The notes: generated from the letters alone by a model not told the origin. Positions 27,109 to 35,743 are shown, counted from the stretch's first letter. The stretch: 64,000 bases of DNA from Candidatus Pacearchaeota archaeon (GCA_018304105.1 JAGVWX010000019.1:1411-65410); one strand, 5' to 3'. Numbers and translations: made by a program.

Positions 27109-27159
27109 TTGGATATTATAAACCTTTCGGGCAACACTGAGTTGGGAGAACTAAGAATG
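27109..27159 (+). repeat. third copy of the GT4 promoter module
   Basis: ttggatattataaacctttcgggcaacactgagttgggagaactaagaATG aligns with 29335-29385 (ttgaattatataaatctttcgggcaacgccgaattggggaaataagatATG). Sequence after the ATG is unrelated. Confidence 0.7.
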
Positions 27160-27264
27160 GAAGGAAATGCTGATTGCGAGAGACGGAGGACAACAGATGA
27201 AGATGAAGAGGGAAAGTTTAAATATCCCAAAGAGGGGATAATATTATCTCATATTTGTAGGAAC

Positions 27265-27873
27265 ATGGAATCAAAAAATCAAAAAGAAATATTGAACTTG
27301 TTCAGGAAGAATGTTTTTCTAAAAGCAAGCATACGGGAACTCTCTAAGAGGCTGAATAAAAAGTCGTATCAGAGGGTTTATGACGCTGTGAAAGAGCTGG
27401 AGAGAAGAAGAATCTTAGAATTGGAAAGGGTCGGAAAAAGTGACATTGTTTCTTTGGAGTTGAATCATCAGTCAGTTTTGCATTTATCTTATCTGGATGA
27501 AATAGAAAGCATGGGGAAAATTCCGAGTTATGAAAAACTTGCTGGCTTGAAAGAAATTTCCAATTATCTTCTTATTGTAACTGGAAGCTATGCTAAAGGA
27601 AACTTTACAAAGAAATCAGATTTGGATTTGGTAATTGTCATTCCAGATAATCAAAAAGCGATTGATGTCCAGAGGAGAGTTGAAAATTTGACTCTCGCAT
27701 TTTATCCGAAAGTCCATCTTTATGTTTTTAATAATAAGGATTTTCTTGAAATGCTTCTTGATAAGAAAGAGAATTATGGGAAGGAAATTTACAGGAACCA
27801 CTTGATTCTTAGAAATGCCCATACATATTATGAAATTCTGAGGGAGGCGCGAGAACGTGGATTCAAAGGCTAA
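27265..27873 (+). CDS. wHTH-fused minimal nucleotidyltransferase (MNT-like)
   Basis: IVTGSYAKGNFTKKSDLDLVIVIP matches the Pol-beta superfamily motif GSxxxGxxxxxSDxDL. The N-terminal RELSKRLNKKSYQRVYDAVKELERRRILE looks like a wHTH. The internal ATG at 27265 is preferred because the listed N-terminal 95 codons run over a duplicated promoter module. Confidence 0.7.
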   Translation: MESKNQKEILNLFRKNVFLKASIRELSKRLNKKSYQRVYDAVKELERRRILELERVGKSDIVSLELNHQSVLHLSYLDEIESMGKIPSYEKLAGLKEISNYLLIVTGSYAKGNFTKKSDLDLVIVIPDNQKAIDVQRRVENLTLAFYPKVHLYVFNNKDFLEMLLDKKENYGKEIYRNHLILRNAHTYYEILREARERGFKG

Positions 27874-28002
27874 GTGGAAAGAAGCTTTGGCGAATGGCAA
27901 AATTTATAAACAGAACGCTCTTGGAAGATTTAGAATGTTCCCCAGTGATCCTATGGGGTCGCTGGATGATTTTATCTTTAATCTTGCTGGAGGTGTCTGC
28001 TA

Positions 28003-28680
28003 ATGGAAGATACATTAGTTTTTGTTGATGAGGGTTTCTTAGATAAATTGACTAAGTTTTTTGGCGAGGGTATTAGACTAAAGTTTGACAAACTCGGCTT
28101 TGCAAGAAGAATCGCCAAGAAGCAGAATTTGTTTTGCAAGCACTTATTTTATTATACCTGCCCGCCGTTTCAGTCAACAAGCCCAACAGATGAAGAAATA
28201 AAGAGAAGAAGAGGATATGATAAATTTGTTTCTTCTATAAAAAAGAACAAAGAAGTTACGGTAAGAGAGGGAAGATTGCAAAAAATAATCAATGAAGCCG
28301 GAGAAATTGAGTTTAAACAAAAAGGGGTTGATACACTACTAACTATTGACTTAGGCCATACAAGAGAGGATTATCCCAGCATTAAGAGAGTAATTTTGGT
28401 CTCTTCTGATACGGACTTTTGCCCGATTATCCAAGACATAAAAAAAAGGGCAGGAATAGAAGTAATCTTGTATAGCTATTTTGATAGAACAAGAAAATCA
28501 AAGTTTTCTCTATCCAACGAATTGCTAAAGTGCTGTTTTAAGTATGTTAAGCTAACGAAAGAAGATTTTACATCCTGCCCGATAAGCAATAAAGACGATG
28601 AAGGAAAGAGAAAGAGCGAGAGCAACGAAAGAGGCAAGGAAAAAGACAATGAAGAGAGGGGTGAGGGAGATGGAGAATGA
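28003..28680 (+). CDS. NYN (LabA-like) domain protein with acidic/basic C-terminal tail
   Basis: LVFVDEGFL...QKGVDTLLTIDL...VILVSSDTDFCPIIQDIKKRAGIEVILYSY reproduces the NYN/LabA acidic residue pattern. Confidence 0.7.
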   Translation: MEDTLVFVDEGFLDKLTKFFGEGIRLKFDKLGFARRIAKKQNLFCKHLFYYTCPPFQSTSPTDEEIKRRRGYDKFVSSIKKNKEVTVREGRLQKIINEAGEIEFKQKGVDTLLTIDLGHTREDYPSIKRVILVSSDTDFCPIIQDIKKRAGIEVILYSYFDRTRKSKFSLSNELLKCCFKYVKLTKEDFTSCPISNKDDEGKRKSESNERGKEKDNEERGEGDGE

Positions 28681-28697
28681 GCGCGGCATTGATGAGT

Positions 28698-28749
28698 ATG
28701 AGTAAGAGAAAGCTGCTTGTGTTTGCTTCGACGTTTCCGAGATGGAAGA
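28698..28749 (+). repeat. copy of the first 52 nt of the GT4 gene
   Basis: atgagtaagagaaagctgcttgtgtttgcttcgacgtttccgagatggaaga is identical to 29383-29434. It then diverges and is fused to the start region of family X copy B. Confidence 0.85.
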
Positions 28750-28768
28750 CGATGAAGGAGATGGGACG

Positions 28769-29227
28769 ATGAAAGACTTTGATTATTATATTTTTATTGA
28801 TTATTCTGAAAATTTAATTGGTTATGCAATAATTGAAGATGAAAAATTGAAAGAGCTTCTTCCTAACCTAACCAGGTTTAAACATTATCGCTCTTCTGGC
28901 GATAGGATGTCTTACCTTCGGCATATTAAAAAGACAATTGAACGCGACGATATAAAATCTTTTTTTCTTAAATTAAAAATAAAAGAAATGCGCAAGAATA
29001 TGGAAATTCATCTTGATGTCCTTGAATTTCTGAAAACGCATGAGAATTGCATTATTTTTATTTCGGTTGATAACAGCCAGTATTCTGCTTTTAGAAAAAT
29101 GGTAAATATTGTTGACGGAAAAGACATAATGATAAAACAAGAAAGCGAATTAAAAGAAGGAACACCAGAATATCAGGTAAGTCTTGTATTGGATAATTTG
29201 CTAAACATAGAGAGGTTAAGAAAATGA
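28769..29227 (+). CDS. uncharacterised ~152-aa protein, family X (copy B)
   Basis: MKDFDYYIFIDYSENLIGY...NCIIFISVDN... is a paralog of 24992..25459. The internal ATG is preferred by alignment with copy A. Confidence 0.7.
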   Translation: MKDFDYYIFIDYSENLIGYAIIEDEKLKELLPNLTRFKHYRSSGDRMSYLRHIKKTIERDDIKSFFLKLKIKEMRKNMEIHLDVLEFLKTHENCIIFISVDNSQYSAFRKMVNIVDGKDIMIKQESELKEGTPEYQVSLVLDNLLNIERLRK

Positions 29228-29334
29228 TAAGTAACAAGTTAGCATACAGGGTAAGGGCGTCCGTCTATCCTACTCCCCATAACAAGATATGGCTTTCGTC
29301 AGGTCGCTTTCCCCTATACAGTTTATTGAGCTGT

Positions 29335-29382
29335 TTGAATTATATAAATCTTTCGGGCAACGCCGAATTGGGGAAATAAGAT
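29335..29382 (+). promoter_or_regulatory. promoter of the GT4 gene (master copy of the duplicated module)
   Basis: TATA-like ttgaattatataaa about 35 nt upstream of the ATG at 29383. Same module at 25572 and 27109. Confidence 0.55.
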
Positions 29383-30597
29383 ATGAGTAAGAGAAAGCTG
29401 CTTGTGTTTGCTTCGACGTTTCCGAGATGGAAGAAGGATACGATTCCGCCTTTTGTTTATGAGTTGAGCAAGAGACTTGTAAAGGGATTTGATGTTACTG
29501 TTTTAGCTCCGAGTTTTCCTGGAGCGAAGGAAGAGGAAGTCATGGACGGAATGAAAGTCAAGAGATTTCATTACGGGCTTGGAAGATATGAAACGCTGGC
29601 GAGCAACGAGGGAATTTTGCCCGCGCTGAAGAAGAGCAAGTGGAATTATTTTAAGATTCCTTTCTTTTTGCTTGGGGAGTTTTTTGCGTTGAGGAAAGAG
29701 ATTAAGGAAAATAGGCCCGATATGATTCATGCGCATTGGATTATCCCTCAGGGTTTTGTTGCGGCGATTTGCAAGAAGTTTTATGGGACGAGGTTTGTGG
29801 TTACGACGCATGGCGGAGATATTTTTGGCTTGAGAGGATTTGTCTCTAGGATGAGCAAGAGATTCACATTGAGAAATGCGGACAAGATAACGGTTGTAAG
29901 CAATGCGATAAAGAAAGAGATTTTGACTACGCTGAATCCGAAGCTGAAAATAGATGTGGTTTCTATGGGAGTTGACAGCAAGAAGTTCAATCCGAGGCAG
30001 AGAGACGACTCCATAAAGAAGAAGTACAAGATTGGCGAGGAGTTTTTGCTTTTTGTCGGGAGACTTGCGGAGAAGAAAGGAGTTAAGTATTTGCTTGAGG
30101 CGATGCCGGATGTTTTGAAGAAATTTCCGAAAGCAAAACTTTTAATTGTGGGCAGTGGTCCTTTGGAGAAAGAGCTAAAGGAGATTCACAAGAATTTGAA
30201 ACTTAAAGACAGCGTGGTTTTTACAGGCGCGATAGCAAATGCAGAACTTCCGAAGTATTATGCAACAGCAGATATTTTTGTTGGGCCTTCAATTGAAGCG
30301 AGAGGAGGGGATAAGGAAGGGTTAGGCCTGACTTTCGTTGAAGCTGGAATGTCTGGAGCATTAGTTATTGCAACCGATTTGGAAGCTATAGCAGATGCTA
30401 TTCAAGATGGCAAGACTGGGTTTATTGTTAAGCAGAAAAATTCTAAAGAGATTGCCAAGAAGATTATTTCTTTATTGGGTTCTAAAGACAAGATGGGCAA
30501 AATGCAGAAAACAGCGAGGGCAGAGTTGGTAAAGAAGTTTGACTGGGATGTTGTGAGCAAGAGATACGATGAAATTCTTGGAGGGGTGGGGAGATGA
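29383..30597 (+). CDS. GT4 family glycosyltransferase
   Basis: 404 aa. GT-B pattern with GGD, GRLAEKKG and the EGLGLTFVEAGMSGALVIATD (E-x7-E region). Confidence 0.85.
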   Translation: MSKRKLLVFASTFPRWKKDTIPPFVYELSKRLVKGFDVTVLAPSFPGAKEEEVMDGMKVKRFHYGLGRYETLASNEGILPALKKSKWNYFKIPFFLLGEFFALRKEIKENRPDMIHAHWIIPQGFVAAICKKFYGTRFVVTTHGGDIFGLRGFVSRMSKRFTLRNADKITVVSNAIKKEILTTLNPKLKIDVVSMGVDSKKFNPRQRDDSIKKKYKIGEEFLLFVGRLAEKKGVKYLLEAMPDVLKKFPKAKLLIVGSGPLEKELKEIHKNLKLKDSVVFTGAIANAELPKYYATADIFVGPSIEARGGDKEGLGLTFVEAGMSGALVIATDLEAIADAIQDGKTGFIVKQKNSKEIAKKIISLLGSKDKMGKMQKTARAELVKKFDWDVVSKRYDEILGGVGR

Positions 30598-31559
30598 AAA
30601 TGTCTATTATCGTTCCAGTATACAATGAAGAAGAGATGATCAAAACCTGTTTGAAGGCTTTGTCGGAAATTGATTATCCTAAAAGAGATTACGAAGTTAT
30701 CGTTGTTAACGATGGAAGTACAGACAGGACGAAGAAGAGTATAGAAGATTTTATCAGAAAAGAAAAGAAGACTAAATTTAAACTTGTAAATCAGAAAAAC
30801 AGCGGGAGAGCATTGACTCGCGAGAATGGTGCGAGGCTTGCCAAGAACGAAAACTTGTTGTTTACAGACTCTCGATGCACAGTTCATTCCGACATTCTCA
30901 AGCAGGTTGCTAAGTCAAAATATAAGATTATCGTCGGTAATCCTCTGACTGACAAAGAGAGCGCACTTGGCCGGTTCGGTTATTTGTTTAGGAAAAAATT
31001 GTTCAAGGGGTCCTTTGAAAATTTTAAGTCCATCGAGATAAATAAAGCAAACTTTGATGATATTAGTAAAGGGACTACTGTTTTATTTTGTAAGAAGAAA
31101 TTGTTTTTGTCTTCGCAATTAGATAATCAGCAAAGCAAGGATAATTCTGACGATACAAAGCTTTTGTGGAATCTGTTAGAAAAGGCCAAGATTGAGAAAA
31201 ATCCTGATGTTAAGGTAACCTATCATCCGAGAACTTCGTTAAAGAATCACATTAAGCATACTTACGAAAGAGGACCAAAATTTGTTGACTACTATTTCAA
31301 GCCAGGGAGAAAATATTTTCCTTACATACTCTCTATGCTGTTTGCGTTAGCGATTTTGTTAGGCCTTTTGATGTTTTATCCTGTTCTGTTTGGATATTCT
31401 CTGTTGACTTTATTAGCCCTGGATATTTTGGTTTCTGTTTATTTATCTGAGAAATTTTCTGACTTCACAATCTTGGCAACTTTAATGCCCTTGACAGGGG
31501 CTATGTTTACACTTGGAATTTTGAAGGGAATCTTTATGAAGATTCTTGGGAGATATTAA
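30594..31559 (+). CDS. GT2 family glycosyltransferase with C-terminal TM helices
   Basis: SIIVPVYNEEEMI and VIVVNDGSTDRT, with C-terminal hydrophobic helices. 4-nt overlap with the GT4 gene. Confidence 0.8.
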   Translation: MKMSIIVPVYNEEEMIKTCLKALSEIDYPKRDYEVIVVNDGSTDRTKKSIEDFIRKEKKTKFKLVNQKNSGRALTRENGARLAKNENLLFTDSRCTVHSDILKQVAKSKYKIIVGNPLTDKESALGRFGYLFRKKLFKGSFENFKSIEINKANFDDISKGTTVLFCKKKLFLSSQLDNQQSKDNSDDTKLLWNLLEKAKIEKNPDVKVTYHPRTSLKNHIKHTYERGPKFVDYYFKPGRKYFPYILSMLFALAILLGLLMFYPVLFGYSLLTLLALDILVSVYLSEKFSDFTILATLMPLTGAMFTLGILKGIFMKILGRY

Positions 31560-31560
31560 A

Positions 31561-33129
31561 ATGAAATACAAGGAGATATTCTTTTGGATAACAGTTATTT
31601 TGTTTGCGTTTCTTATTTCGATTATTACAAGACAAACTAATGCAACACCTTCTCAGCTTTTAGATGCAAATCAAAATTTATTTTTCTCTAAAAATATTCT
31701 TGTATCGGGAGATTTGAGTTATGTAAATCCTTACAATGAAAAATATTCTCAAATTTTTGGGTTTAGAACAACATTTATCGATGGTGGTGGGTTAAACTTA
31801 CCCGCAACACATTTGGGGTATATTTACGTTTTGTCTATTTTTAGGCTTGCTCTATTAGATGAAATTTTTTTCATCACGTTTTTTCTGTTGGTACTCTCTG
31901 CAGCATATGTAAAGAAGCTAGCTACTTTGTTATTTGATGCGAAAACAAGTTATATTGCTGTTATAGGATTTTTATTTTTCTCTTCAGTAATCTATTGGTC
32001 AACAGCTTATATCAATGATGTTGCGGCATTATTTTTCTTTATCGTTGCAATGTATTATTTTTTCAGATATTTAGAAAGTGAAAGACAGATTGAAGGAATT
32101 CTGTTTGCTCTTTTTTATTTTGTAGCTGTCTTCATTCGGTTTTCCTATTTACCTGTTCTGGTGTCATTTGTAATTGCGTTTGTCTTTGTAAGAAAACCAA
32201 ATAAGAAAGCACTATTTGTCGGATTATTTTTGTTTGTTAATATTCTTTTGTTGTTTATCTTTAATTTTTTTAATTACAATTTTTTTCTAGGCCCCGTCAG
32301 TAATCAAGTTTTAAGAAGACTCTCTCCAAATATAATCAGTAAAGATTCACTAGAAGGTGTTTCTTTAGTTTCTAATTTTTTTGTGTTTTCGAATTCTGAA
32401 GTTTTTATTAACAATATAAAGAATTATCTGCTAGGTTTGCAGATAGTATTTTTCTTTGTGCCAAGTCTTATAACGGTTTTTAAGGGACTACAGAAGAAGA
32501 ATAGAAATTTGCTTCCCTTTTCTTTGTTCTTTGTTACAACTGTTTTAATTTTGGCCTCTTTATATCTTGGAAAAGAATGGTCTGGATATAGTTCTACTTT
32601 TTTAATAAATTCTATGTACACCAGATATCTTCTACCGATGTATCTATTATTCATTATTGCCGGGAGTTATTCTTTAAGAAAGTATCTCTCTAGGTTCAGT
32701 AAAAGTTTTGCAGTAGTCTTTTTAGTTGGATTTATAATTATGTTTATGGCCATTAACTTTCAATTAGTTTCTCCTCAGTTAAATTATAACTCGGGTCTTG
32801 ATTTTGAGAGGAAATTTAGTATTGATGTAATTAATAATACAAATGGGGATTCGGTTATTTTCACGACCTATTTTGATAAATACTTATTTCCTACTAGGCA
32901 AACGGCAATATATACTACTTTCGAGAAAGACACAAGAAAAGAAAATACAGCTAATTTAATTAAAGATTTGTTAGCCGATGGTAAGGAAGTTTATTTTATT
33001 GATGAAAATTATTTAAAAGATTACGATGAGTTTACTTTGAAGGATGATTATTTTCCATATTTTACAAAAGCCGGTTTAGAACCAAAGAATGTTTCATTTA
33101 GGCTCTACAAAATAGAACTTACAAAATGA
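31561..33129 (+). CDS. polytopic membrane protein, possible GT-C type glycosyltransferase
   Basis: More than 10 TM helices followed by a soluble C-terminal domain, within a glycosyltransferase operon. Function is inferred from context only. The ATG at 31561 is preferred to the listed TTG. Confidence 0.5.
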   Translation: MKYKEIFFWITVILFAFLISIITRQTNATPSQLLDANQNLFFSKNILVSGDLSYVNPYNEKYSQIFGFRTTFIDGGGLNLPATHLGYIYVLSIFRLALLDEIFFITFFLLVLSAAYVKKLATLLFDAKTSYIAVIGFLFFSSVIYWSTAYINDVAALFFFIVAMYYFFRYLESERQIEGILFALFYFVAVFIRFSYLPVLVSFVIAFVFVRKPNKKALFVGLFLFVNILLLFIFNFFNYNFFLGPVSNQVLRRLSPNIISKDSLEGVSLVSNFFVFSNSEVFINNIKNYLLGLQIVFFFVPSLITVFKGLQKKNRNLLPFSLFFVTTVLILASLYLGKEWSGYSSTFLINSMYTRYLLPMYLLFIIAGSYSLRKYLSRFSKSFAVVFLVGFIIMFMAINFQLVSPQLNYNSGLDFERKFSIDVINNTNGDSVIFTTYFDKYLFPTRQTAIYTTFEKDTRKENTANLIKDLLADGKEVYFIDENYLKDYDEFTLKDDYFPYFTKAGLEPKNVSFRLYKIELTK

Positions 33130-33827
33130 ACAATAAAATTACTACGGCAATCGACGGAAGACTAAAGAAATCAATCGTCTTATTGGGAGATTTGACTGGC
33201 AAGAAAATATTAGACGTTGGGTGTAAGGCAGCGTGGCTGGAAAACTATCTCAACGACCACAAGACAAAACTTAAGGAAATGCATTCGTTTGACGTAGAGA
33301 ATTATGATTTTCCTAAACTTGGAAAGAAGTTTCATTTTGCTATTGATTCAGTATTGGATATGAAGAGATATTTCGGAAAAGATTTTGATGTGGCTACATT
33401 CTTTGAAGTGATAGAACATATACCGAAGAATACAGAGTTACAAGCTTTGACGAACATAAGGAAAACTTTGAAGGTTGGTGGGAAGCTTTATTTGTCGACT
33501 CCAAACAAAAGTCTTTTTTCAAATGCTCTTGATCCAGCTTGGTGGCTTATAGGCCATAGACATTACTCCGAGAAAGAACTGAGGAAGATGTTGGAAAAAG
33601 TTGGTTTTAAGATAGTTAAGTCAGAAGTCCGAGGAGGATTTACGGAGTTGATCGCTATGGACACTTACTATTTATTCAAGAATGTGTTTAGAACGAAAAG
33701 GTTTGGTTCTAACTTGTTTAAGGATAAAAGAAATAGTGATTATTTAGATAAGAACAAGAAAGGATTTGCTACTCTGTTTATCGTTGCAGAAAAGACTAAG
33801 GAAAAGAAAAATAAAACTCTCCCCTAA
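33126..33827 (+). CDS. class I SAM-dependent methyltransferase
   Basis: ILDVGCKAAW (motif I-like), FDVATFFEVIEHIP, GGKLYLSTPN. The last four codons and the stop are contributed by repeat element R1. Confidence 0.65.
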   Translation: MNNKITTAIDGRLKKSIVLLGDLTGKKILDVGCKAAWLENYLNDHKTKLKEMHSFDVENYDFPKLGKKFHFAIDSVLDMKRYFGKDFDVATFFEVIEHIPKNTELQALTNIRKTLKVGGKLYLSTPNKSLFSNALDPAWWLIGHRHYSEKELRKMLEKVGFKIVKSEVRGGFTELIAMDTYYLFKNVFRTKRFGSNLFKDKRNSDYLDKNKKGFATLFIVAEKTKEKKNKTLP

Positions 33828-33910
33828 ACCCTTAATCTCAACAGCAGTTCTCATCTCAAATGGGACGGACGCCAATTTAGTTCTGGTTAGCTCTGGTTAG
33901 TTCTGCTGGC
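33814..33910. repeat. cassette-boundary element, copy R1
   Basis: aaactctcccctaaacccttaatctcaacagcagttctcatctcaaatgggacggacgccaatttagttctggttagctctggttagttctgctggc. Near-identical copies at 36018, 36889 and 37692. Confidence 0.9.
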
Positions 33911-34060
33911 TGTGTTGTGATTTGCTTGGTTCTGCTTGGTTCTGCTTGGTTCTGCTTGGTTCTGCTTGTCTTGCTAATTGCCTTACTTGCTTTGTCGTGA
34001 TTTGCTGACGATGTGAACGACATGTGAATGACTTGTGAGTGAGGAGAAGAACGAAGTGAA
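33881..34060. repeat. phased 10/11-bp degenerate tandem array upstream of a promoter
   Basis: ttctggttag ctctggttag ttctgctggc ... tttgcttggt (tctgcttggt x3) tctgcttgtc ... then gatgtgaacga catgtgaatga cttgtgagtga ... agtgaacga. The top strand is almost free of A over 33881-33970. Confidence 0.85.
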
Positions 34061-34076
34061 CGAAAAACATAAATAG
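34061..34076 (+). promoter_or_regulatory. BRE/TATA promoter variant (cgaaaaacataaatag)
   Basis: Identical 16-mer at 38958. 20 nt to the ATG at 34097. Confidence 0.55.
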
Positions 34077-34096
34077 CCGAGATTGCTGAATGAGAG

Positions 34097-34438
34097 ATGG
34101 AAAAACGGAAGTTTGTCTTCATGTATGATGATTTCTCAGATAGGCTGCTAATATCATGCAAAGATAAAAATGAGACCATTTCTGGGAGTGCGAGGGTTCT
34201 GAATCTTGTTCTTACATTTACAACCAATAATAAAGTTGTTGGCATAGAGCTAAAAAATGCCTCTAAGTATCTGGAATCACTAAGAATAAACCCTAAGATA
34301 TTGAATAATCTAAGCAACGCAGAGATTGTTTTTCAGCAGCAAAGAGATGGGTATCTGATTTATTTTATTCTTTATGCAGGAGAAGAAGTGGAAAGAGTCC
34401 CCTATAACGTAATATCTAGAGAACCTATCCTGAATTAA
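34097..34438 (+). CDS. DUF2283-like small protein
   Basis: 113 aa. FVFMYDDFSDRLLISCKD...VVGIELKNASKYL. Paralog of 39811..40158. Confidence 0.65.
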   Translation: MEKRKFVFMYDDFSDRLLISCKDKNETISGSARVLNLVLTFTTNNKVVGIELKNASKYLESLRINPKILNNLSNAEIVFQQQRDGYLIYFILYAGEEVERVPYNVISREPILN

Positions 34439-34770
34439 CTTTTCTTGAGTCTTTTATCCAGACTTCTTTTATACTCTACTGCATGGATGATTAAAACTCC
34501 CTTGTCTTTAGGGCAGGTGGCAATTGAGAAATAGGTGCCGTTGCTTAAATTGTAAAATAATTCATAGCCTATGTCTCCATATTTTAATGTGTCTTTTTCT
34601 ATTTCAGTCACTTTATCAAATTGGGGGAATACTTCAAGCACTTTTTTATGTTCAATTCCCTTCTCAGCAATGCTTAATCTGTAATAGCTTGTAAAAATTA
34701 ATTTCTTTCCTTTGATTTTCTCTGTGATTATCTTCTGGATTTCCTCTTTTTCTGAGATGATTTCAGTCAT
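34435..34770 (-). CDS. convergent partner of the DUF2283-like gene (DUF4258-like, putative toxin)
   Basis: 111 aa. YYRLSIAEKGIEHKKVLEV loosely resembles the HA-x-x-R-x-x-ERGI region of DUF4258. TTAA stop-stop overlap with 34097..34438. Own TATA (tttataac) ~24 nt upstream. Confidence 0.5.
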   Translation of the reverse strand: MTEIISEKEEIQKIITEKIKGKKLIFTSYYRLSIAEKGIEHKKVLEVFPQFDKVTEIEKDTLKYGDIGYELFYNLSNGTYFSIATCPKDKGVLIIHAVEYKRSLDKRLKKS

Positions 34771-34854
34771 CTCTTTTTTGACTTATTCAGAGTTATAAAT
34801 TTTCCCTATAAAATTTTTATAGCCCATAATTATTCTAGGCAAACTTAGAAAATA

Positions 34855-35045
34855 AAACTCTCACTTAAATCCATCATCTCTTCTTCCCAATAGGACTCAC
34901 CATGCTTCGAGGCTGTGAGTCTTGATTATTGCCCGCCCCTAAATCCATCATCTCCCCTATACTTCAATAGGACGCCTGTTTTATTTTGCTGACGAATTGC
35001 TGACGAATTGCTGACGATGTGAGGGGTTTGTGAATGAGAGGGGAA
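34855..35045. repeat. cassette-boundary element, diverged copy R6, with covarying hairpin and 3 x 11-bp repeats
   Basis: aaactctcacttaaatccatcatctc... Hairpin gactcac (34894-34900) / gtgagtc (34915-34921) followed by ttgattatt. ttgctgacgaa x3 at 34986-35018. Confidence 0.75.
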
Positions 35046-35062
35046 CGAAAGGGTTAAATAAT
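35046..35062 (+). promoter_or_regulatory. consensus BRE/TATA promoter (cgaaagggttaaataat)
   Basis: Identical 17-mer at 24010 and 39775. 20 nt to the ATG at 35083. Confidence 0.6.
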
Positions 35063-35082
35063 AGAACAACAATAACAACAAC

Positions 35083-35208
35083 ATGACAAAGAAGAAATTA
35101 ACGGGGAAGAATGAGAGAAAGGTTGAAGAGTTGAAGGAAATTATTCTTTCTATTAGAAACGATCCTGTGGCTATGAAACAAGTTAAAAAGTTAGCTGTTG
35201 CCTGTTAA
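35083..35208 (+). CDS. 41-aa small ORF downstream of the consensus promoter (not in the supplied ORF track)
   Basis: MTKKKLTGKNERKVEELKEIILSIRNDPVAMKQVKKLAVAC. Sits at the exact promoter-ATG spacing seen for seven other genes. Converges on, and overlaps by 18 nt, the PIN gene. Confidence 0.4.
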   Translation: MTKKKLTGKNERKVEELKEIILSIRNDPVAMKQVKKLAVAC

Positions 35209-35664
35209 GAAACTTCTTTTTAGATCCTTATATGTGTAAAAGGTTGGAGTTCTTATCTTTTTTCTTAGGTTAATTATCTTATAAGCATTTATTGCCCTTG
35301 GATGTTTTAATGTTTTTTCATCGTCAGAGAAGATTAAATCAAAGTTATACAAACTGGCGCAGGCAACAATTTTGAAGTCATTTCCGATGTTTGCCCAGTT
35401 CTTCACGCCATTGTTTGCTTTGTATTCTGAAAAATACTGCTTTGCCAGTTCTTTAATTTGTTTGTTCTCTTGAATCATTGTCCCCTTAACTAACTTATCA
35501 TATACTCTTAGGATACTTGGAGCTTTCCTTAGCTCATCTCTGATTAGCCTGAAATTATGAATTACGAATCGATTATCTGGAGCAATTTTTTCAACGAGGT
35601 TTATACCTTCTGCATCTTCAATTATTTTCCCATAGATATTTGTGTCTAATAATACATTCGCCAT
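35191..35664 (-). CDS. vapC: PIN domain protein (VapC-like toxin)
   Basis: 157 aa. N-terminal VLLDTNIY with the first PIN aspartate, and a later FDLIFSDDEK acidic cluster. Own TATA atatatttaaac ~28 nt upstream. Confidence 0.65.
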   Translation of the reverse strand: MANVLLDTNIYGKIIEDAEGINLVEKIAPDNRFVIHNFRLIRDELRKAPSILRVYDKLVKGTMIQENKQIKELAKQYFSEYKANNGVKNWANIGNDFKIVACASLYNFDLIFSDDEKTLKHPRAINAYKIINLRKKIRTPTFYTYKDLKRSFLTGNS

Positions 35665-35743
35665 CTTTGAACATAGAAACAGTCTGATTGTTTAAATATA
35701 TTTACATTGGTAAACCATTTAATCACTACAGAAGCGTCGAGAA

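Noticed and set aside
26980-27264. The listed 297-aa version of the nucleotidyltransferase starting at 26980.
   Set aside because: The first 95 codons cross a duplicated copy of the GT4 promoter module (27109-27159) and have no domain-like sequence. The internal ATG at 27265 gives a typical wHTH-MNT size.
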